Shown: in pieces, positions 47,801 through 54,445 of the stretch
Layout: each line of letters opens with the position of its first letter
Numbering within the stretch: position 1 is the stretch's first letter
IMG/VR virus record: IMGVR_UViG_3300030333_003568
Span: 1 to 54,445 of that record
Strand: one strand, 5' to 3'
Source of the DNA: a virus
Taxonomy: Duplodnaviria; Caudoviricetes
DNA: 54,445 nucleotides
The notes under the pieces: model-generated
Told to the model about the DNA's origin: nothing
What the model saw: only the letters and a program-made list of their open reading frames with translations
Database searches by the model: none
Translations under genes and position numbers: made by a program

Positions 47801-50800
47801 CTGCCAACAAAAGAACCACCATCAAATTTATCATAAGGAATTTCTTCGCTTTGTTCCATTTGAATTTTTCCATTTTTATCTTTAACAAGCTTTCCATTTT
47901 TGTCTACCTTTGGTACTAAGCCACTAACAGTATAATGTTTTGGAATAATCATTAATCCTAAATCCCTAAGATTAACTGGTCTTTGACCTTCAGCCATATC
48001 TATACTAAGTCTTATCATACTGTCTGATGCACTTTTTTCATACATAAAATAGTCTGGTGTTCTTACAGCTTGCCAAAATCTTAAATTTTGCAAAGAGGCT
48101 GCCATAAAAGATTTCGCATAAATAGGTTCTAAATTTTTGGCTATTTCATTTATAAGATCAGATGGCTTTCCATCTGGGTTATCAGAAACCCATTTATCTA
48201 CATATTCAGATAAAGTAAAATTAACAAAATCTGAATCACTTTTACTTAAATCATCATAAAAAGACTCTTTCATCATTAAGTCATAATGCTCTTGTCTTAT
48301 ATTATTAGCAGCTAATTCATTATCTATAATTTGTTTAAACATAGCTGGTGTTAAATTATGTGGATTATTATCACTTGCAATACTTGATAAAATAGAAGCA
48401 TTGTCTCCAAATTTTGTTCCAGTAATAACAAGCAATTGAGCATTTGATTCTTTTATATCTTTTAAAAGTTGATCTTTAATTTCATTAATATCAACATCTT
48501 CATTTAAAAGTTTTTTTGCATTATTAAGGCTTAATGTTAATTGATTTCTAAGTTTAGATATATATCTTATATTACTAGCCTCTTGCATTTTTAATAATTG
48601 TTCCAAATTTAAATCAATAGCTTCTTGCTTAAAAAATTCTCCACCTTGCCATACGATATGTTTCATTATTTGTTTTACAGGAAGAATACCTATTCTTATA
48701 TTATGCTTTTTATTTTGAAAATCTCTTTCAATAGAATTTCTAATAACTCTTGAAGGAAACAACTTGCCATTATTTATTCTATCTTTTTCATCAGCAATTT
48801 GCAAAGCGTTTTCAGAACCAACTGCATTTGTTTCAATTCTATAGTAAAGCCTTGAATTTCTTCCTTGCTTAGATTTGTCAGTTGGGCTAAACCTATCTAT
48901 TGCTTGTCTTCCTTTTACCCATTCTCTTTTTAAATCTCTTAATTCATTTTCTGTTAAAGTTTCTCTTTTCTTAAAAAATTCATCACTTGGGTGTTGTCTA
49001 TTTGCAATAATGTTTTCTAAAAGAGGATAAAGCTCATCTAAATATTTTTCAAAAGTTTTATGTTTTTTAAGAATTAATTTTTGCATTTTAGGATAATCAT
49101 TTATCTTGCTTATATAAATTCCAAAAACTTTTTTATAAAAACTGTTATAAGCATCAACACTTGATACTGTATTTGTTTTATTTAATGATTCTCCCCCAGT
49201 TCCTTCATGAGCTTCATCGCCTGGTAATCCGTCAAAGTTTTCTGGCACTTGTTCAGATGGGTCTTCAGCCATATAATCATCAAAAGTAGTTAATATATCT
49301 GGTTGAACACCAAGCCATCTTCCTTGATAAAACTCTTCAGCAATAAACTCCATAACTTCTTGCTTTCCTTTTGGCTCAATGCCAAACATTCTTTTTAATC
49401 TAGCAACAAATTGTTTTAACCATTTTTCAAATTTTAATTTTAAAGACCTCGGTTCATTCTGCATCCTATCAACATAATACTTGCCAATAGCAAGAACTAA
49501 ATTTTCTTCAGTTTTAAATAAGTTTATACCTCTTTTAACAATATCTTGACTAGCAAACATTTTAATATAAATATGAGCATATTCATGAGGTATTGTATCA
49601 AGTCTTCCATCTGTTGTTGACCACTCAACTAAAGATTCAGTTGCGTGTCCTATTTTTTGAGAGCCATAAACATCAATTAAACCTTCAAATGTTTTTTGTT
49701 CTATAAATGGAAAATGCTTTTTTAATCTTTTGGCAAGTCTTGATGCAAACTCTGGAGTATCTTTTATATATGGCAAATCAGATGAATCAATATCTTGAGT
49801 TCCAATTATTGGATCATTATCACCTTCAATTTTATCTATGTCTTCATCGCTTAATAATTTATTCATAGATTTTCGCTTCGCTTCTAACAATTCATTGTAT
49901 TCGTCTTTTTCTTCTTTTTCTAAATCTTTTTTATCTTGATTTTCATTAGAAACTTCTGAGTCTAATTCATTAGTTCTTTTATTTGAAACTTTACTCTCGG
50001 GCTTTGCAATATCTTCTGTTATATAAAGATTTATTGGATCATCTTTAAGTTTCTTAACAAGGGCTTTTTGCCTTGCTATTTCTCCTTTAACAAAATCGGG
50101 ATTAGAAAATATACCTTCCTTTAAATTCCTTTCATCTTCTGCAATTTCATTTTCAAGATATTTAATAGGATCTTTTTTAAATATTTCATACTCTGCTTTA
50201 CTTGTCTTAATAATATTTTTAGAAGTTTCATCAGTCCAATCTGGGTCATCTTTATGTCTTTCTGAAATTTCTTCAACTGTGTCTTTAGTGCGTTTATATA
50301 ATTCATCATCTATTTCTTTTAAAGTTAATGGCTTTTTTTCTGCTACTTTTTTATCACCAAAATCAAATGTCTCATCTATTGTTCGTGTAGGAGGGAGTTC
50401 TTTTATAGCCTTAATTAATTCGCCTTTATTCATTCCAGAATAACCCTTAATACCTCTTTCTTTTGCAATAGCTACTAATTGATCTTTTTTCATTTCAGGG
50501 AGTTTTTTATCAAAGGCTTTTTTCTTAGCTATAGATTCTTCAGAAGGGGTAGGTTCAGTAGCAACTTTTTCTTTTGGTTTTTTACCTTCAGCTTTTATAA
50601 TCTCAGCAGCTTCAGCTGATTTTCTATTATACCATTGAAGCCATTCAAATTCTTTTTCATCCATTGGAACTTGTTTTGAACCAGGGATCAAGCTTTCTGT
50701 TAATTCATCTCTTCTTTTTTGAGATAATTTATTACCAAACTCCGAAAGTTCTTTGTCTTTAGCAGTTTCAATTTTTATTGCTTTATCAATTCTTTCTGAA

Positions 50801-52926
50801 TATGTTAAAGGTTTGCCTTTTTGTTTGGTATCATCCTCTAAGGACACTTCTTTACCAGATTTAGTAGTAATAGTAACATCAGACATATCTTCAAGATTAA
50901 CTACAGGTTCTCCTTCAATAGGCTCTTCTTGAACAGGTCCTTCTTGAGCAGGTTCCATTTGAACAGGTTTTTTACCTTTTGGATATTTTAAATCTTTACC
51001 ATCAGAATATGATAAATGATCAGATGTTTTTGTGTTGTCAGATAAAATTGCTTGCTTGTATACGGTAAAAGACCTACCTGTTGGTTTTCCATTTTCAATT
51101 TTTTGAACTTGAATTGTAAGTGGAGTGTTTTTAACAACAATATATTCAGATCCTTTTTCTAATTGTTGTATGTTTTGTCTAGCTCTACGAATTAAACTTT
51201 TTAAATTAAATTTATCAGAAAGCTTTATTTTTTCTCCTTTTTTAAATATAGGAAGAATTGGTTTAGCTTTTTTAGGTGGTGTAACAACTTGTTGTTCTGG
51301 ATCTGGTTCCCAAACTAAGCTTATATCTTCAATTTGTTTATCTATTCCTTCGCCAACAACTACTTGCCCTTTTGATATTGTTCCTCTTTCAATAAAATTA
51401 TTTACTATATTAAATTTTTCATCTTTGGTTAAATCTTTTAAATTAACATTTTTTAAATCTTTTGGAATATTTTTAGATTTTAATAGTTCTTCAACCATCG
51501 CATCTATTACTATTGATCCTTTACTGGATGCATTTATTTCATCAAGAAGGTTTTTATCTCCACCTATTATCATTAACCATTTTTTACCAATACCAACTTT
51601 AGCGTTATAAGCTTCTCTTATATCTTTTAAAACTTTACTTGTAGTATCTTCTGGTATGCTTTCAATAAATTCAATAGTTTTCTCATCATCTCCAATTGTA
51701 TCAAGGTATTCAGAAACAATACCAACTTTAGCTTTTGTTGGTTTTTTCTTTTCTATATCTAATTCATCAACGGGGATACCAGCTACATCTTGATCTTCTT
51801 TATCTTTTTCAACAATAGGTTTTTGTTCTTTAATTGTTTCAGCAACTTCTTCTGATGTTATTTTACTTGCTTGTGTTGGAGCTGAGAAACCAGCGAGACC
51901 ACCAAATATACCAGTTGTAGCACCAGCAAATCCCTCTTCCCAAACAGCTTTCTCATCCCATGTTTCTTTAAAAGCTCTTTGTAAGGCTAACTTAGCAGAC
52001 AATTGGTCTTTGCCCATATTAAGTTCCATAGCCTTATTAATAGTATTTTGAGTGTATGCTTGAAGAGTTTCAGTAGTTCCTTCTTGTAAAGCACCTTGAA
52101 GAGTAGACGCAATTGCAGCTGTTCCTCTAACACCAGCGTTAACAATTTTTGATTTACCTATTCCATTATCAATAATTCTTTGAGCTATTGTTCTCTTTAG
52201 TAATTGCTCACCAGCGTCTCCAATCCCAACCATTCTTATAAAATGTTTAGCACCAACTCTTTCAAGTAAAGAAGAGATACTTCCATAACTAAGAGCAGTT
52301 ATCATAGCATAGTCTTTTGCTTCTTCAGCATCCATTCCAATGTCGTCTACAAGAAGAGACATAGCCTCATTATATTGAGCACCAGCTTCCATTGAAAACA
52401 TAGGAGCAAGAGTAGCAGTTGTGATAGCTAAAGAACTACCACCAGTTGCTTTTGCTAATCCAACACCAGCAGCTGTACTTGCAATAGCAACAGCTAACGA
52501 TGGTATGGCTTCTGATAAACTTCTAGCAGCCGTATCTAAATTAGTCCAACCAGGCTCATCTTCTTTCCAAGCAGTTAAAGCTTGAAGTTCTACATTATCT
52601 GCTATTTTTTGTCTATATAAATTTTGATTATACACTCTTTGATTTTCATAGGCTTCTGTTTCAGTCCACGGAAGCATACCATAAATACCAGTTGCAGATT
52701 CAGTAATTTGATTTTCAAGTTGAGCGGTAAATCTATCTATAAAACCAGGTGCTTCACCAGAGCCAAATTCTTTATAAAGTCTTTCTCCTGGGGTGGGTTC
52801 TGGAAGATTTAAATCAGGTATAACATTTTTTACATGAGCGTAAATCATGTCATCAGACCAATCTTTAAGAAGCTCTTGGTTATTAGCTCTTACATCATCT
52901 ATAATAGATTGTCTATCTATTGGCAT
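44839..52926 (-). CDS. Giant single-chain two-barrel RNA polymerase, putative virion RNAP (crAss/phi14:2 gp66-like), multidomain
   Basis: Ordered motifs FDGG, QIK, GMKH, EAKM, HRNP, DGDWDGD (46654-46674), AVDGSK; also HEYAH and Rho-N-like motif. Confidence 0.82.
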   Translation of the reverse strand: MPIDRQSIIDDVRANNQELLKDWSDDMIYAHVKNVIPDLNLPEPTPGERLYKEFGSGEAPGFIDRFTAQLENQITESATGIYGMLPWTETEAYENQRVYNQNLYRQKIADNVELQALTAWKEDEPGWTNLDTAARSLSEAIPSLAVAIASTAAGVGLAKATGGSSLAITTATLAPMFSMEAGAQYNEAMSLLVDDIGMDAEEAKDYAMITALSYGSISSLLERVGAKHFIRMVGIGDAGEQLLKRTIAQRIIDNGIGKSKIVNAGVRGTAAIASTLQGALQEGTTETLQAYTQNTINKAMELNMGKDQLSAKLALQRAFKETWDEKAVWEEGFAGATTGIFGGLAGFSAPTQASKITSEEVAETIKEQKPIVEKDKEDQDVAGIPVDELDIEKKKPTKAKVGIVSEYLDTIGDDEKTIEFIESIPEDTTSKVLKDIREAYNAKVGIGKKWLMIIGGDKNLLDEINASSKGSIVIDAMVEELLKSKNIPKDLKNVNLKDLTKDEKFNIVNNFIERGTISKGQVVVGEGIDKQIEDISLVWEPDPEQQVVTPPKKAKPILPIFKKGEKIKLSDKFNLKSLIRRARQNIQQLEKGSEYIVVKNTPLTIQVQKIENGKPTGRSFTVYKQAILSDNTKTSDHLSYSDGKDLKYPKGKKPVQMEPAQEGPVQEEPIEGEPVVNLEDMSDVTITTKSGKEVSLEDDTKQKGKPLTYSERIDKAIKIETAKDKELSEFGNKLSQKRRDELTESLIPGSKQVPMDEKEFEWLQWYNRKSAEAAEIIKAEGKKPKEKVATEPTPSEESIAKKKAFDKKLPEMKKDQLVAIAKERGIKGYSGMNKGELIKAIKELPPTRTIDETFDFGDKKVAEKKPLTLKEIDDELYKRTKDTVEEISERHKDDPDWTDETSKNIIKTSKAEYEIFKKDPIKYLENEIAEDERNLKEGIFSNPDFVKGEIARQKALVKKLKDDPINLYITEDIAKPESKVSNKRTNELDSEVSNENQDKKDLEKEEKDEYNELLEAKRKSMNKLLSDEDIDKIEGDNDPIIGTQDIDSSDLPYIKDTPEFASRLAKRLKKHFPFIEQKTFEGLIDVYGSQKIGHATESLVEWSTTDGRLDTIPHEYAHIYIKMFASQDIVKRGINLFKTEENLVLAIGKYYVDRMQNEPRSLKLKFEKWLKQFVARLKRMFGIEPKGKQEVMEFIAEEFYQGRWLGVQPDILTTFDDYMAEDPSEQVPENFDGLPGDEAHEGTGGESLNKTNTVSSVDAYNSFYKKVFGIYISKINDYPKMQKLILKKHKTFEKYLDELYPLLENIIANRQHPSDEFFKKRETLTENELRDLKREWVKGRQAIDRFSPTDKSKQGRNSRLYYRIETNAVGSENALQIADEKDRINNGKLFPSRVIRNSIERDFQNKKHNIRIGILPVKQIMKHIVWQGGEFFKQEAIDLNLEQLLKMQEASNIRYISKLRNQLTLSLNNAKKLLNEDVDINEIKDQLLKDIKESNAQLLVITGTKFGDNASILSSIASDNNPHNLTPAMFKQIIDNELAANNIRQEHYDLMMKESFYDDLSKSDSDFVNFTLSEYVDKWVSDNPDGKPSDLINEIAKNLEPIYAKSFMAASLQNLRFWQAVRTPDYFMYEKSASDSMIRLSIDMAEGQRPVNLRDLGLMIIPKHYTVSGLVPKVDKNGKLVKDKNGKIQMEQSEEIPYDKFDGGSFVGSKYLSEMADDIGYRLFQQIKTFIRHREITDKSNDYLGMKHMMFSAFKNMVIRDPSSGKVVAEVKADKNGLTYWYDPNTKKEFEMIASPNEAKMTLGKFASAEQQAEAFGKKPEDYKDGYGRVHKIPSSSIIVNNVQEKSKESASHPIALGEMLLMYGYENKFTSNVLKAIRNRYKDISSYYTDKINTLIENPDEFKKFIDRALKDGEIPSESESYIKLIKKDGFGLFHPAIRSQIFPVVNSILIKQGLYKGRDWDGKSSILYLKSHYQKIIKGNVILSADNKVAYNQVFQKWKESIGEKAFAKVMQAEKKEGKGLNRHRMIKEYLNPFLENNEVNVLMHRNPISKVTGPIVRRVQALQEGLGESMLMREEDVTEYFDGDWDGDKGVFEFIDDDYADSMKEWQDYSKEEKVDRVVPLPIFGARVDDPNSKIKSSALSPLHSLKEIERNARNTGTTGTSLNSRTIMAELYSKDFSMEMESNQSKDTTLAADEDIKNIVIKAVDPNKEVIMDYIEIDKSQLDKKQINILKNNGDSLVDKNGNEIDLDNAAKSDKVLYLKTIKSHELAILFQMAVDGSKFTHLTDILKSMPLDEDGKPMRFDHFMSSKIFEKQIVGTNEVNSDFTDAEFFYLSMVKGVQNVSKVRHGRTETGISADFFLNVDISRDLNEMMNGDETIDISKIDNRGALKGLLSDEDYSNNFKSKVQNSLNKRTRKSKKLSKLLNNVKKYSFSLKNNITPVESLLISLGNNLNYDVINAIESNDVANNAHIAAAKEMGESSVMQNYLKDMRDDNNKLSSFEAAEDFLFKKFKVFSKETTNLQEFLGIKGTKAVSKDMSFIDIWNLLLKKTNDREAIQTDKNISFSEFTDRFIDKFEALDEDAKMWVTLKYLSGLTDQNKIYVKKFLPKAFLNDKLLGIYLSSWEKYFRASVSDMSHRVNNSLEPFEASLTPEKQRDAQMKKGYYKDLRDTQDILNSKLAEKEISSSEKMAKC

Positions 52927-52929
52927 TTT

Positions 52930-53886
52930 CTACCAGCCTATTAAATCTGAAAATTCTTTACTAGCCTCTTGTTCAGCGTATGTCTTAACATTGGGTGATA
53001 TTTCAGAATATTGATCCCCTTCTGATCCTTTAAAGTACCCACCAGTATTTAGCATATATTTAAGTTCTAAATCAGCTAAATTTTCCAAAGCTTTATCTCT
53101 TGATGCTCTTGCTTCTCTAAGCTCAGGTGTTTGCTTATTAAAAGCATCATAACCAGTCGTTTCTAAATCTGGAAACATATTTAACATTTTTTCATCTAAA
53201 GGGGTATTCGCTTTCCCTTCAACATCTCTAATAACTTTTCTTGAACCAATTTCTTGATTTCTATACATATGTTGTTTATTAATCTTAGCTTGCTCTTCTC
53301 TATTTAATTGTATATCTTTATAAAGCTGACCTTCTCTATGTAAAGGATGACCTTCTGGATAGTAATTAACCATAGTTCTTAAAGTTTGTATAAGTTTACT
53401 TTCGCCAGATGGAAGAGTTAAACTTATATTATCCTCTATTTGATTCCACCTATTTTGAAGTTCAGTTTCTTCATTTTTTAATTTATTAATTCTATCTAAT
53501 AAATCAACATTTTCTTTTTCAGATTTACCATAATTAAATTGAGCATTTTCATACTCAGGTCTTGCTTTAATTATATCATCAGATAATTTTTTTAATTTAT
53601 CCTTTGGAAGCTTTCCAAATACTTTAGAATATTTTTCACTAGCTTTTGTATACTCACTATTTTCTTTAACTTGACTAAGATCATTAGAAAGCTTATTAGC
53701 ACTTTCTTCATCCCAAAGATCAGTTGAAATTAAAAGATCATAAGATGGAACACCAAAAGAGTCTTTACCAGCTACCTTATCATCATAAAGCATAGAAGAA
53801 ATAGCACTTCTTATCTCATCTTCTGATTTGCCTTTGTCTAGTTGTAATTCAACCCATTTGTTTAATTTATCTGATTTATTACTCAT
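52930..53886 (-). CDS. Hypothetical protein, possible internal virion protein
   Basis: 318 aa, helical; directly upstream of RNAP. Confidence 0.55.
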   Translation of the reverse strand: MSNKSDKLNKWVELQLDKGKSEDEIRSAISSMLYDDKVAGKDSFGVPSYDLLISTDLWDEESANKLSNDLSQVKENSEYTKASEKYSKVFGKLPKDKLKKLSDDIIKARPEYENAQFNYGKSEKENVDLLDRINKLKNEETELQNRWNQIEDNISLTLPSGESKLIQTLRTMVNYYPEGHPLHREGQLYKDIQLNREEQAKINKQHMYRNQEIGSRKVIRDVEGKANTPLDEKMLNMFPDLETTGYDAFNKQTPELREARASRDKALENLADLELKYMLNTGGYFKGSEGDQYSEISPNVKTYAEQEASKEFSDLIGW

Positions 53887-53888
53887 TT

Positions 53889-54445
53889 TTAATCACCTTG
53901 ACCCAAAAAATTTCTTAATTCTTTCACCATGTCTATTTGTTTTGATTCTTTCGCAGCTTTTTTAAATGTAGGCTCAAGATTTATCTTTTTAGCATCATCT
54001 GAAATTTTCTTAAACCTTTTTTGCTCAATTCTGTTTTCTGGATGAGTATAATTAAAATCTATAATTGAGCCAAGATAATTAACAAGCTCCCTTGTTTGAG
54101 TTGGATTCATCTTTTTTAATTTTTGTTTTGTGCCAAAAGAAAACTTGCCTTCTTTTTGAAAAAACCAACCATGCATCTTATCTGATATGTCTTCTAAATT
54201 TTTATTTTTTTCTGTTTCACTAAGCTTATAAAGAGCCATCATATGCCCATAAGATGCATTTTCTTGAACTTTTCCATTTTTACTATAATAATGAACATTA
54301 CCATCTTCAGTAGTCCAAACAAAATCTTTGCCATTATTTTTAGGTGTAAGTCTTCCAGCGAAATAATAATTTTTTCCTTCATCAGGAAGAGCCTCAACTT
54401 GATCATAAACTTCCCTACCAAAAGCTAATGGGTCACCAGTGCCAA
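53889..54445 (-). CDS. C-terminal part of a gene entering from the right edge
   Basis: Frame of 53889..54242 stays open to the edge (GTGDPLAFGREVYDQVEALP...). Confidence 0.6.
   Translation of the reverse strand, partial: GTGDPLAFGREVYDQVEALPDEGKNYYFAGRLTPKNNGKDFVWTTEDGNVHYYSKNGKVQENASYGHMMALYKLSETEKNKNLEDISDKMHGWFFQKEGKFSFGTKQKLKKMNPTQTRELVNYLGSIIDFNYTHPENRIEQKRFKKISDDAKKINLEPTFKKAAKESKQIDMVKELRNFLGQGD

Noticed and set aside
54239-54428. 60-61 aa ORFs at right edge
   Set aside because: Alternative frames over the longer open frame continuing into 53889..54242
1-54445. Stop-codon reassignment as in some crAss-like phages; exact circularity; prophage
   Set aside because: Long genes are intact in the standard code and TAG/TGA end genes; edges do not join in frame and show no overlap; no integrase or host genes seen

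Overview
The window is a near-complete, AT-rich tailed-phage genome with podovirus-like architecture, read in the standard genetic code with strong GGAG Shine-Dalgarno sites. It has two opposed blocks. The minus-strand late block runs from ~26.9 kb leftward: TerS, metallophosphoesterase, TerL, portal, scaffold, major capsid, connectors, tail fibres, lysis-type genes and putative internal virion proteins. It appears to resume from the right edge to 41.1 kb. That second part includes a 2695-aa two-barrel RNA polymerase (DGDWDGD) of the crAss/phi14:2 virion-RNAP type, fused to an HExxH zincin-like motif and a Rho-N-like motif. The plus-strand early block (27.1-41.1 kb) encodes many small proteins, a Cas4-like nuclease, a Rad52/Sak-like annealase, SSB, DUF932, a Dam-like methylase, DnaB and a RuvC-like resolvase. 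No DNA polymerase, primase or integrase is recognisable. The most unusual content is non-coding: a ~640-nt densely base-paired candidate large ncRNA (28285-28920), a tandem array of six stem-closed 60-115 nt RNA modules (34254-34798), more such modules between early genes, and two compact H-type pseudoknots. All calls come from motif recognition and manual base-pairing; no searches or folding programs were run.
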